A stretch of DNA of 63,684 nt, counting the filler, from Octopus bimaculoides (Eukaryota), in NCBI RefSeq assembly GCF_001194135.2. It is 9 parts of 9 records of this genome, joined end to end, with 100 filler letters (N's around TTAATTAATTAA, not from the genome) between each part and the next. Parts side by side here need not be neighbours in the genome. Positions count along the whole stretch, not along the records: positions 1 to 17,963 come from NC_068986.1; 8 more parts are not named here. The stretch is one strand, 5' to 3'. The translations under genes and the position numbers were made by a program. Below, piece by piece: positions 1 to 11,168 of this stretch; the stretch's first letter is position 1, and each line of letters opens with the position of its first letter. The notes below the pieces were generated by a model. That model did not search any database. It was not told the origin of the DNA and saw nothing but the letters and a program-made list of their open reading frames with translations.

Positions 1-40
<40 letters not shown>

Positions 41-109
41 TATATACATATCTATCTATCTATCTATATACATACGTTTATTAAAGCTGCAATATGTATA
101 TATTAGAAA

Positions 110-300
110 AAAATGAGATAACAAAGCCAGTACTGTGAGTATTTTTCAGGACATTTATAAGGAAAGAGATATAGATACACTCTTACAGTTATTTCTGGGA
201 TATTAGGGATATCCATTCATCAGAGACGATATCAGATGGTTAAATATAAATATAGATAGCACTACTCCTAAACACCCACCAAAAAAGTGGTGGACGCTCT
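110..300 (-). mobile_element. Inverted pseudo-LTR of a Penelope-like element with a degenerate hammerhead motif
   Basis: The minus strand at about 177-225 reads gtct-CTGATGA-at-ggatat-cccta-atatcc-ca-GAAAT-aact-GTA-agag. It lies directly 5' of, and antisense to, the PLE coding remnant. Confidence 0.5.
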
Positions 301-1370
301 GTTCTATGGTATACACCCCCCTCTCACTAAACGTTAAGAACTTAACTAAATCCTTCTTTAATATACTGTTCTCCAACTTCCCTCGTCAACATAAATATTA
401 CTATCTTTAATAGATTTACCCTGAAGCTATCCTATTCCTCTCCACCCAACATCGAGTCTATCATAGCAGCCTCTAATAAACAAAAGCTTTTTCTCTACTA
501 TCAGAACTCATACTATAACAACTCAGTGCCCAACTTACACACAACTCCAGCATTGAACGCCATACGTTAGACCACAACCATAACCCAACCTATTCCACTA
601 ACACTATCCAGAATACTACCACAACTTCCACCACCGTTATAGAAAGAATAATTAGCAACAACGATAGCAATAGTAAGGATAATAGTAATAATAAAACTAG
701 TAACTTAGACCTTTGTACCCCACCTCTAACCTCTCCTCTGAAAATATTACCGCATCCATTCCTGAAATTAATCCCCAAAATAAACCCACTTGTAACTGCC
801 GTCCTGGGTCCATCTGCCTTCTACAAACCCATTGTAGAAGATCTAATGTAATTTATAAATGCACCGTCCTGAACACACTACACAATTCTACAGCTGTATA
901 TATGGGATCAATCGTGAATTTTAAACAGCGATATGCCACTCATCTCAATTCTTTTAGATACAAAAAACACAGTAAACCCACAACACTCGCCAGTCACATA
1001 TATCATCTCAAAAATAGAAATATTTCCTACATTTTATCATTGCCCATAATAGATTCAGGGCTTCCATACCAAGGTCAATGCTTAGCCTGGAAGTTATGCC
1101 TAAAAGAGGCATTCCACATATTAAAACACAACTCCTCAACACTACTAAATAAATATAATGTGGCACTAAGTACATGCAACCACCACATTTTTCTTACCTT
1201 CAAATTTTTCCACAATTCTAAATGCAACCTAAATTACCACACAGCATATATCCACAACACCCCTTAGGTAATCTCCAGCAACGTTACTTAACTTTCCTTT
1301 ATCTCCATTTTAATTTTTAATATTTAATTTTTTAACCCCCTTATCTTACTTTAAGGGTCTCAGTCATTTA
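300..1370 (+). mobile_element. Penelope-like retroelement, 3' portion (RT C-terminus/linker plus GIY-YIG endonuclease), frameshifted
   Basis: About 305-500 translates across a frameshift as WYTPPLSLNVKNLTKSFFNILFSNFPRQHKY..IFNRFTLKLSYSSPPNIESIIAASNKQKL, matching the recalled PLE motif WFNPP...IFNR...SYS.MPN. A T/N-rich linker and the endonuclease ORF follow. Confidence 0.8.
713..1267 (+). pseudogene. GIY-YIG endonuclease domain of the Penelope-like element
   Basis: The ORF contains CNCR..SIC....HC, VIYKC, YMG, FKQRYATHLNSF, TTLASHIYHLK, CLKE and LLNK, i.e. GIY-YIG motifs preceded by a Cys-rich linker. Confidence 0.8.
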
Positions 1371-1461
1371 AATACTACAGACATGGACATGCAAGCGGAT
1401 ACATGTGTTCCTGTAAATGTGTGTGCATGTATATTTGTGTATGTATATATACGTATGTGAG

Positions 1462-1497
<36 letters not shown>

Positions 1498-1883
1498 CAT
1501 ATAGGGGGAGGATTCACAAAAAAACAAAAGACGAAGACAGGTTGTGTAGACAACAAACAGATGTATTGTGTGTATATGTGTATGTACGTGCATATGTGTA
1601 TATAAATATATATATATGCGTGAGTGTGTGTAATTGTATATATGTATGCGTATGTACCTGTGTGCGTGCGTGCATGTGACTGTGTAAGCGTGTGTGCGCC
1701 TGCGCGTATGTGTGTGTGTACATGTATGTGTATATGTATGCGCATGCATATGCGTGTATGAATACATTTACGGATGCGCATGAGCAAATAACAGGACATT
1801 AACAACGGGTGTCTTGTATTTTCTTGTCCCTTTTTTGTATCATCTGTCTGGATGTTTTGCGTTCTTGTCCCATTTTTTGTATT

Positions 1884-1927
<44 letters not shown>

Positions 1928-2841
1928 TATATATAAATTTTGTACGACTCTCTTATTCTTTCATTCTTTCTTTCTTTCTATCAGCCCCTTCACACTTACT
2001 TCGTTCTTTCCACTCTTCTTTCTTTCGTTCCCCCTCTCTCACATTTCCTGGCTTTCTCTTCATTCTCCCCTTGCCTTCTCTTTCNNNNNNNNNNNNNNNN
2101 NNNNNNNNNNNNNNNNNNNNNNNNNNNNNNNNNNNNNNNNNNNNNNNNNNNNNNNNNNNNNNNNNNNNNNNNNNNNNNNNNNNNNNNNNNNNNNNNNNNN
2201 NNNNNNNNNNNNNNNNNNNNNNNNNNNNNNNNNNNNNNNNNNNNNNNNNNNNNNNNNNNNNNNNNNNNNNNNNNNNNNNNNNNNNNNNNNNNNNNNNNNN
2301 NNNNNNNNNNNNNNNNNNNNNNNNNNNNNNNNNNNNNNNNNNNNNNNNNNNNNNNNNNNNNNNNNNNNNNNNNNNNNNNNNNNNNNNNNNNNNNNNNNNN
2401 NNNNNNNNNNGTTGTTAATGTCCTGTTATTTGCATTTGTATTTGTGTACCATTTCTCCGTTGTTTCTTTCGTCCTTGTTTTCGTATACATTCACTGCTTT
2501 CTTCCAAGGAATCTAGTGCTCTTAGCTTAGCTTTTCCTTGGGGCTAGCCAGATTGGAGCAATCTCGAGTATAACCAGCCGAAGTTGCAAAGATAATCTCT
2601 TCATTCTCCCCTTGCCTTCTCTTTCACTTTACTCTGTCCGTTTTCTTTTTCTCGTCCCTCCCTAATTCTTCTATCCCTCTGCCTCTACCTCACCCATCTC
2701 TCTCTGTCTGGATGTTTTGCATTCTTGCCCCATTTTTGTATTCCTTTTTATATACATATGGCGGCGTACGTACACTTTGGTTTCTTATATATATATATAT
2801 ATATTGTGTGTGTGTGTGTGTATGCCTGTGTGCGTTTTGTT

Positions 2842-2893
<52 letters not shown>

Positions 2894-2984
2894 CGCGCAC
2901 ACACACACATATATAATCACCTATATTATATATAATCTATCTGTCTATTTTTCTAATAAACAGACCAGACTATTGAAGGAGTTT

Positions 2985-3033
<49 letters not shown>

Positions 3034-3043
3034 GCTACTACTG

Positions 3044-3082
<39 letters not shown>

Positions 3083-3133
3083 AATGTGTGTGTGTGTGTG
3101 TGTGTGTTGCGCGCAAAACAAATTGTTTTGCAG

Positions 3134-3168
3134 CTGTCGCAACTAAACAAGATGTAGAACAGAAGGAA
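3134..3168 (+). CDS. Possible upstream exon of the plus-strand TRPC-like gene ((x)VATKQDVEQKE)
   Basis: Good acceptor (ttgttttgcag). One frame is open up to a weak phase-0 donor (GAA|gtgtag) that is compatible with the 5654 exon. Confidence 0.25.
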
Positions 3169-3333
3169 GTGTAGAAGGCGAAGGTGGGGGTATGAATATA
3201 AAATAAGAAATGGTGGTGGTGGTGCCAGAGGAGAAGTGCAGTATCTGCCAATGAAAGTTAACTATCGCTCACTCACTCACTCACTCGTTTACTCACTCAC
3301 TCGCTTACTCACTCAATCAATACATATATATAT

Positions 3334-3392
<59 letters not shown>

Positions 3393-3626
3393 ATATATAT
3401 ACATGCGCACACAGTGTGAGATACGTTGAAAATTATATGTGGTTGATTTAAATTTCTTGACAGTGTTTTCTGTCATTGAGTTAAAGCTTGCACGATACTT
3501 GTTCAAGGCCACGAAAATGATCACTGTGTTAAACCTACGTAATCATTGTTGCTGATTCACAGTTGATAGGCTTGTTACTGGGCCACGAAAGTGATTACTG
3601 CGTAAAAGTTACATAATTTTTGTTAT

Positions 3627-4045
3627 AGGCGTAAGAGTGGCTGTGTGGTAAGTAGCTTGCTTACCAACCACATAGTCCCGGGTTCAGTCCCACTGCGTGG
3701 CATCTTGGGCAAGTGTCTTCTACTATAGCCTCGGGCCGACCAAAGCCTTGTGAGTGGATTTGGTAGACGGAAACTGAAAGAAGCCTGTCGTATATATGTA
3801 TATATATATATGTATGTGTGTATGTGTTTGTATGTCTGTGTTTGTCCCCCCAACATCGCTTGACAACCGATGCTGGTGTGTTTTTGTCCCCGTAACTTAG
3901 CGGTTCGGCAAAAGAGCCCGATAGAATAAGTACTAGGCTTCCAAAGAATAAGTCCTGGGGTCGATTTGCTCGACTAAGGGCGGTGCTCCAGCATGGCCAC
4001 AGTCAAAAGACTGAAACAAGTAAAAGAGTAAAAGAGTAAAAGAGT
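3627..4045 (+). mobile_element. tRNA-derived SINE, family A (internal microsatellite, taaaagag tail)
   Basis: tRNA-like head (gtggctgtgtggtaag...ggttcagtccc), internal (TA/TG)n and (taaaagag)n 3' repeats. Many near-identical copies occur in the window. Confidence 0.8.
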
Positions 4046-4444
4046 TATAAATTGATCACTTTGTCAAGAGTTTACAATATCCAAGTTACTGGCATATGAA
4101 CAAATCACTGAAGTAATTACGTTATTCATGTGACGGGCAATGAAGTGATTATTATGTGAGCGTTTATGTTATCCCTGTTACTAGGCCATTAAGTAATCAC
4201 ATCCAGCTATTATTTTTTTGAAACTCCACTTAGCAATTCTGCCAAATTTCTTCTTACCGAGTTGTCTCCCTTACATTTACTTAAGCCCTTTCACCCGAGA
4301 AACGTTTGTTCTGTGCTTAATAACCTCACCACTTGACTGCTATTATCTTTAACGACATATGGGAGTTACCAAATGGTAAATGATGTGTTCTTATTGGATC
4401 GGTACAATCGTTATGCGCGCGCGAGCGCGTATACGCGTACAAGT

Positions 4445-4674
4445 ACGTATTACTCTTTTACTCTTTTACTTGTTTCAGTCATTTGACTGCGGCCATGCTG
4501 GAGCATCGCCTTTAGTCGAGAACATCGACCCCAGGATTTATTTTTTGTAAGCTTAGTACTTATTCCATGGGTCTCTTTTTGCCGAACCGCTAAGTTACAA
4601 GGACGTAAACACACCAGTATCGGTTGTCAAGCAATGCTAGGAGGATAAACACAGACACACAAACACACGTACAT

Positions 4675-4680
<6 letters not shown>
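4445..4680 (-). mobile_element. SINE family A, 3' half
   Basis: Reverse complement of about 3850-4045. Confidence 0.75.
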
Positions 4681-4705
<25 letters not shown>

Positions 4706-5450
4706 TATATATATATACATATATATATATATANNNNNNNNNNNNNNNNNNNNNNNNNNNNNNNNNNNNNNNNNNNNNNNNNNNNNNNNNNNNNNNNNNN
4801 NNNNNNNNNNNNNNNNNNNNNNNNNNNNNNNNNNNNNNNNNNNNNNNNNNNNNNNNNNNNNNNNNNNNNNNNNNNNNNNNNNNNNNNNNNNNNNNNNNNN
4901 NNNNNNNNNNNNNNNNNNNNNNNNNNNNNNNNNNNNNNNNNNNNNNNNNNNNNNNNNNNNNNNNNNNNNNNNNNNNNNNNNNNNNNNNNNNNNNNNNNNN
5001 NNNNNNNNNNNNNNNNNNNNNNNNNNNNNNNNNNNNNNNNNNNNNNNNNNNNNNNNNNNNNNNNNNNNNNNNNNNNNNNNNNNNNNNNNNNNNNNNNNNN
5101 NNNNNNNNNNNNNNNNNNNNNNNNNNNNNNNNNNNNNNNNNNNNNNNNNNNNNNNNNNNNNNNNNNNNNNNNNNNNNNNNNNNNNNNNNNNNNNNNNNNN
5201 NNNNNNNNNNNNNNNNNNNNNNNNNNNNNNNNNNNNNNNNNNNNNNNNNNNNNNNNNNNNNNNNNNNNNNNNNNNNNNNNNNNNNNNNNNNNNNNNNNNN
5301 NNNNNNNNNNNNNNNNNNNNNNNNNNNNNNNNNNNNNNNNNNNNNNNNNNNNNNNNNNNNNNNNNNNNNNNNNNNNNNNNNNNNNNNNNNNNNNNNNNNN
5401 NNNNNNNNNNNNNNNNNNNNNNNNNNNNNNNNNTAATAATAATAATAATA

Positions 5451-5628
5451 GTAACATCGATAGGAATGAGAACCCAGGTTCGAAATTTCCCCAAGACACC
5501 TGACGAAGGCTGGAGGGTATATCAGCCGAAACGTTGTGTTAACAACAAACAAGATGAGGACGAATATCCGTCAAATGTAAATAATGTAAATAGTGTAAAT
5601 AATTCCTCATCTCTTAAATATAGAACTG
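5451..5628 (+). mobile_element. Solo pLTR-like repeat carrying a hammerhead motif
   Basis: Short non-coding repeat-like block after an (AAT)n run that contains a complete hammerhead core. Confidence 0.5.
5495..5540 (+). ncRNA. Type I minimal hammerhead ribozyme motif
   Basis: gacac-CTGACGA-a-ggctg(gagggtatat)cagcc-GAAA-CG-T-T-gtgtt. Stem I is gacac/gtgtt, stem II is ggctg/cagcc, and a palindromic AACGTT replaces stem III. Confidence 0.7.
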
Positions 5629-5653
5629 TATATTTCTTTTGTCTTTCTTTTAG

Positions 5654-5704
5654 GAATCGGATGAAGAGAATGGTTCAGATGAACTCAAAGAGAAAGAAAG
5701 AACT
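5654..5704 (+). CDS. Internal exon of putative TRPC-like gene (ESDEENGSDELKEKERT)
   Basis: Acceptor gtctttcttttag and donor ACT|gtaaga. 51 nt, phase 0/0, in frame with the 6864 exon. Confidence 0.6.
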
Positions 5705-5859
5705 GTAAGAAATGGTTGAATTCACTCTCTCTATGTCGAAAAATAAAATTTTCGTTTGTTCAAAGAGCGCTGTTTATTAGGGAATGGTAAATAAAACGAA
5801 GTAACTGAAACGTCACGTATACAATAATATTCTTTTCTACTCTAAGCCCAAGGCCCGAA

Positions 5860-6660
5860 ATTTTGCGGGAGGAGGCCACTCGATTAGATCAACCACAATG
5901 TGCAACTGGTACTTAATTTATCGACCCCGAAAGGATGATAGGTAAAGTCGACCTTTACTGAGAACTTAAAGACTGAGTCGACCTTTACTGAGAACTTAAA
6001 GACAGACCAACGTATACAATAATGTTATTATGTCTATGTTTAACGCGATGAGCTAGCAGAATCGTTAGCACACCGGACAAAATGCTTAAGTGCGTGTCGT
6101 CCGTCTTTACATTCTGGGTTCAAATTCTGCCGAGGCCGACTTTGCGTTTTATCATTTTGGGGTCGATCGATCTAATCGACTTACCCCCGTCCCCGAACTT
6201 GTTGACTTTGTGCCGAAATTATGCCGACGTTTAAGGTGTCTAGATGGCTGAACCGTTAACAAACCGGACAAAATGCTTAGCGGTATTTATTCCGTCTTTA
6301 TCTTCTGAGCTCAAATTTCACCGAGTTCGACTTAGGTTTTCAATCTTTCGGGGTCGATAAAGTAAGTACCAGTCAAGTAATGGAACTGATGTAATCGACT
6401 AGTCCTCTCTCAAAAACTGATGGTCCTGTACCAAAATTTGAAACCATTATTATGCCTACGTTTAAGGTGGCGTATTGGCTAAAGTGTTAGAGTGTTGGAC
6501 AAAATACCTTGCAATACTTGCCCTAGCTTTTCACTTTTTCTTCTTCTGACGCCAAATACCGTCAAGTTAACTTAACCTTTCAGCATTTCGAATTCGATAA
6601 AATAATAGTCAAGTTGGGAGTCGATTTAATCCAAATTTCATGTCCCAAATTTTTGGGTTT
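5860..6660. mobile_element. Cluster of SINE family B copies (one minus-strand fragment, then three head-to-tail plus-strand copies)
   Basis: Repeated core ttcaaattc...cgaggtcgactttgcctttcatcctttcggggtcgataaa, with the linker attatg(c/t)cnacgtttaa recurring before each copy. Confidence 0.7.
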
Positions 6661-6697
6661 GTACATATGAAATAAATTGGTAAATTGTGTGCGCCTG

Positions 6698-6733
<36 letters not shown>

Positions 6734-6863
6734 GCGGAAAGCTAAAACTACGTAAGCAATAGACTGTAGTAACATTACAGCTTATAAAGCGAAAATAATA
6801 CAAACTAACGGTTGATTGTAATTATGTTTATTGTACTTCGTTTTCTCTTTCTTTATTTTACAG

Positions 6864-6933
6864 AATGTTATTTCTAAAATAATTAGACGCTTTGTATTGC
6901 AATCATCGAAAGAAAAACTTGAAGATAACGAAG
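6864..6933 (+). CDS. Internal exon of putative TRPC-like gene (NVISKIIRRFVLQSSKEKLEDNE-G)
   Basis: Strong acceptor ttctctttctttattttacag and donor GAAG|gtgagt. 70 nt, phase 0/1. Resembles the TRPC3/6/7 segment [26 protein letters not shown] (recalled). Confidence 0.7.
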
Positions 6934-7877
6934 GTGAGTTATTAATATATATNNNNNNNNNNNNNNNNNNNNNNNNNNNNNNNNNNNNNNNNNNNNNNNN
7001 NNNNNNNNNNNNNNNNNNNNNNNNNNNNNNNNNNNNNNNNNNNNNNNNNNNNNNNNNNNNNNNNNNNNNNNNNNTATATATATATATATATATATATATT
7101 TCTAGATAGGATCGACACTGTACACGTCCTTCTCGAACATACATTCAATTTCTGATTAGTGGCTTGCTACCATTGGACCATTAGCTCCTATGACAACGAT
7201 ATAATTATTTTTGTTGTTTGAAGTTTAATCAAAAGTGGAGATGCGGTGACCATGACAATTACAGGGCTTCCAAGACAGAATGCAGTTATGGAGGTCGATA
7301 GGAGACAAGGAAGAAGCTACACTTCATGTGTTGCAATCCAGTTTGGAGTCAGTAGCCGTGCGTAGATATATTAGTAAAGAAAAAAGACCCCTAAGGCAGT
7401 ACTCACGGAAATAGGACCCTGCCCCATATGGTTCTAGATTTCTGTTGAAGAACCATTTAAACTTGGTCTCTATAACGAAGAGTGACACCTGCCCGCATAT
7501 AGCCGTGGCTTTCTATTGAAAAACCAATTAAGCCTGTCTTTTATAGCAGTCAATGTGAGGGTGCTGTAAGCTGCAGGACATGACATCTTTAGAGCAAGAC
7601 ATGATCCGTAATATTTTGCAATAGCTTGGGCCATGCTATAGTCTCCCAATAACCAGTAAGGCGTGTTAAGCAGGGCGACAGATTGGGTCTACTGTCAATA
7701 AAATTTAAGAGCCACTCATAATCGAACTGGTAAAAAGTTACATATATATACAATCAAAGGAACAGCGAATTGTATCCAGTCATTGGTACTGCAGTGTATT
7801 TTTCACAAAACCTTATTTCTGGCTTATGCAGGTGTCACCGTCATGTGATCTACGACAGTAGGAATACTGTTAAGTTA

Positions 7878-8110
7878 AGTCGGTGAGCTGGCAGAAACGT
7901 TAGCACGCCGGGCGAAGTGCTTAGCGGTATTTCGTCTGCCGTTACTTTCTGAGTTCAAATTCCGCCGAGGTCGACTTTGCCTTTCATCCTTTCTGGGGTC
8001 GATAAATTATGTACCAGTTACGCACTGGGGTCGATCTAATCGACTTAATACCTTTGTCTGTCCTTGTTTGTCCCCTCTATGTTTAGCCCCTTGTGGGCAA
8101 TAAAGAAATA
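7878..8110 (+). mobile_element. Near-complete SINE family B copy with target-site duplication
   Basis: Head ggtgagctggcagaaacgttagc, conserved core and tail ...aataaagaaata. The direct repeat agtaggaatactgt occurs at 7857-7870 and 8111-8124. Confidence 0.85.
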
Positions 8111-9215
8111 AGTAGGAATACTGTAAAGTCGAATCAGTATCCATTGTTGAATTTGGCAACACCTGTAGGTGGTAAAACTTGAAGGAGAGTATAGATTCCA
8201 CGAAAGCGATTTAAACTAGATAATCCATATGAACCCAAAACTTTTCGTATTCTCTCCTTACAGCTAATTGGTTCCGGTAAATGCTGAGAAATATAGTGTG
8301 AATTCTCTACCGAAATTAAACTAATTTCTATTAAATTCAGAATTTAAACACTATTGAAATTAGCTTTACCTTTTATTCTTCTACTGTAGAGATTTTAAGT
8401 ACCAATAATATTTTGTGGTAAATTCTATTGAATACAATTCTGTTTGATGGTCGTGTGTTTGCGCATGAAATTACTATATAATTACTATGAAATTATTGTG
8501 TAATTACAATGTGAGTTGGACAAAATATAACGAGCGAATTTTACGAGAATGTCTTTAGTTTACAAAGAAATTAATTTCTAATTATTTAGGAAGTTAAGAA
8601 CACTTTTACATTAAACTGTAAATTACGACTTTTCCCTTTGCAAAGAATTCTTTTCCATTGTAAATATAACACTAAAAGAGAAATAGGCATAGATTTATGT
8701 TTAAAGGGAAAATACTCTTGTTTCTTCACAAGGGAAATAACTCTAATTTTGATTCCTAAATACTTGCACGAAAACATACATTTGAATTGTGTAAATATTA
8801 AATCGTAAATGAAGTTATAAATATATTCCTTCGATCGGTCGAGTGCGCGGTCTTATGATCTCGTTCTTAGTTATTACCAAGTACAGCGAGACTGTGGTAA
8901 CTGTTGGTGGTCTGAATCGATAAAAGTCGTTAAGTAATTCTAGCTCACTCGGATAAGTTTGTAAGACTTTGGTAGTGGAACGTACTAACGTTTCTAGTGC
9001 TACCTAGTTAAAACTTTAATTGAAATATGCTAGGGTTAACATTGAGCATGATTTAGTTTTTAGATCAGAACTACATACCTACCAGCTTAGCTACAGAGAC
9101 GCTTCCAGTGTAATCGATTTGCACCGGAAGGTTGATCGAGTAAACTCTTACGATATACTCAACCGAAGCTTCACTAAAATCAACGGAAAAAGGTTACTTT
9201 CGTCGAAGAACTCAT

Positions 9216-9785
9216 ACACACGTATGCATGTATGTGCGTGTGTATGTATGTATGTATGTATGTATGTATGTATGTATGTATGTATGTATGTATGTATGTT
9301 TGTATGTTTGTATGCGTGTATGTATGTATGCACCAATGTATGTATGTATGCATGTATGTATGGATGGATGTATATATGTCAGTCTGTATATATATGAATG
9401 TATGTGTGTGTATGTATGAATGTATGGGTGTGTACATGTATGTATATATATGTATGTATGAATGTGTGTATGTATATATGTGTGTGTATGTATGCATGTA
9501 TATATGTATGCATGTATGTATGTATGCATGTATGTGCGTGTTTGTGTGAGTGCGTGCGTGCGTGCGTGTGTGTGTGTATGTATGTGTGTATGAATGTATA
9601 TATGTGTACATCTATGTATGTATGTATGCATGCATGCATGCATGCATACATGCATGGTTGCACCTCCTCTTCTCTCTCTCCTCCTCTCTCTCCTCCTCTC
9701 TCTCCTCTCTCTCTCCCTCTCTCTCCCCCTCTCTCTATTTATCTATCTGTCTACCGAGAAATATATAAATAACAAATAATAACAA

Positions 9786-9844
<59 letters not shown>

Positions 9845-9845
9845 T
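9216..9845. repeat. Compound microsatellite: degenerate (TATG)n/(TG)n, (CT)n, (TAC)n
   Basis: Visible directly in the sequence. It accounts for the overlapping low-complexity ORFs here. Confidence 0.95.
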
Positions 9846-9870
9846 CATTCATTTTATTTCCTATATAAAG

Positions 9871-10262
9871 GTGGGTCTGATGACGTTATCAAGCGACTGA
9901 TTGACAACTTGGCATCGAAACTATACAAGAAGCTCGACACCATTAAAGAAAAAGTTTCCGTCGTGGAACAGAGCGTAACAAACGTACATTCGGAAGAGGA
10001 CAAAATTCTGAAGACACAGAGTCAACAGATGACTTTGGTCAATACACAAATTACGCTATCTGAACAGATGCTGTCGAAAATACAAGTTCTTGCCGACGAT
10101 ACGAAAACAACCATAGAAAAATCCATGAAAGATTTGGAAGAAACTATTTCTCAAGCAGAAGCTAAATATATGCTTATGGAAGATGAGAAAGAAAAAAGGA
10201 GGCAAGAAGGTATGGAAGAACCTAAAGAAAAATCCGGTGAAGCTGCTCACTCTCGTCTCTGA
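9871..10262 (+). CDS. Terminal coding exon, coiled-coil-rich (G-GSDDVIKRLIDNLASKLYKKLDTIKEK...AAHSRL*), putative TRPC-like channel C-terminus
   Basis: Acceptor ttttatttcctatataaag. Its phase 1 matches the 6933 donor. About 130 open codons of non-repetitive, heptad-like sequence end at TGA 10260-10262. Confidence 0.7.
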
Positions 10263-11168
10263 TACTTCCATAATACTGATAAATTTGTTATGCTCCAGCA
10301 TGATTGCAAGTCACTGGCTGGAACCAGTAAAATATTAACTCATGTAAAGCATAAATATATACACGTATATCATATATTTTTAAAGATGAACTCATGTGTA
10401 ATTTTCGGACTATTTGATTACCTTGTGTGTCGTTAACACGATTTTAGCCTGGTATAGCCTGTTCTCTTTATGTGATATTCCTACCAACAACTCATTAAAG
10501 ACGAAAATGCCAAAAAAAAAAAAAAGAAAAAAANNNNNNNNNNNNNNNNNNNNNNNNNNNNNNNNNNNNNNNNNNNNNNNNNNNNNNNNNNNNNNNNNNN
10601 NNNNNNNNNNNNNNNNNNNNNNNNNNNNNNNNNNNNNNNNNNNNNNNNNNNNNNNNNNNNNNNNNNNNNNNNNNNNNNNNNNNNNNNNNNNNNNNNNNNN
10701 NNNNNNNNNNNNNNNNNNNNNNNNNNNNNNNNNNNNNNNNNNNNNNNNNNNNNNNNNNNNNNNNNNNNNNNNNNNNNNNNNNNNNNNNNNNNNNNNNNNN
10801 NNNNNNNNNNNNNNNNNNNNNNNNNNNNNNNNNNNNNNNNNNNNNNNNNNNNNNNNNNNNNNNNNNNNNNNNNNNNNNNNNNNNNNNNNNNNNNNNNNNN
10901 NNNNNNNNNNNNNNNNNNNNNNNNNNNNNNNNNNNNNNNNNNNNNNNNNNNNNNNNNNNNNNNNNNNNNNNNNNNNNNNNNNNNNNNNNNNNNNNNNNNN
11001 NNNNNNNNNNNNNNNNNNNNNNNNNNNNNNNNNNNNNNNNNNNNNNNNNNNNNNNNNNNNNNNNNNNNNNNNNNNNNNNNNNNNNNNNNNNNNNNNNNNN
11101 NNNNNNNNNNNNNNNNNNNNNNNNNNNNNNNNNNNNNNNNNNNNNNNNNNNNNNNNNNNNNNNNNNNA

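Noticed and set aside
713-1267. Possible selenocysteine-type (Naiad) PLE
   Set aside because: No in-frame TGA in the Cys linker and no recognisable SECIS.
3627-3700. tRNA-like heads with A/B boxes here and in many other copies
   Set aside because: They continue into SINE bodies and lack a complete cloverleaf, so they are not tRNA genes.
7640-7720. RVKQGDRLG resembling the LINE RT motif GVRQGD
   Set aside because: Isolated short match with no flanking RT motifs.
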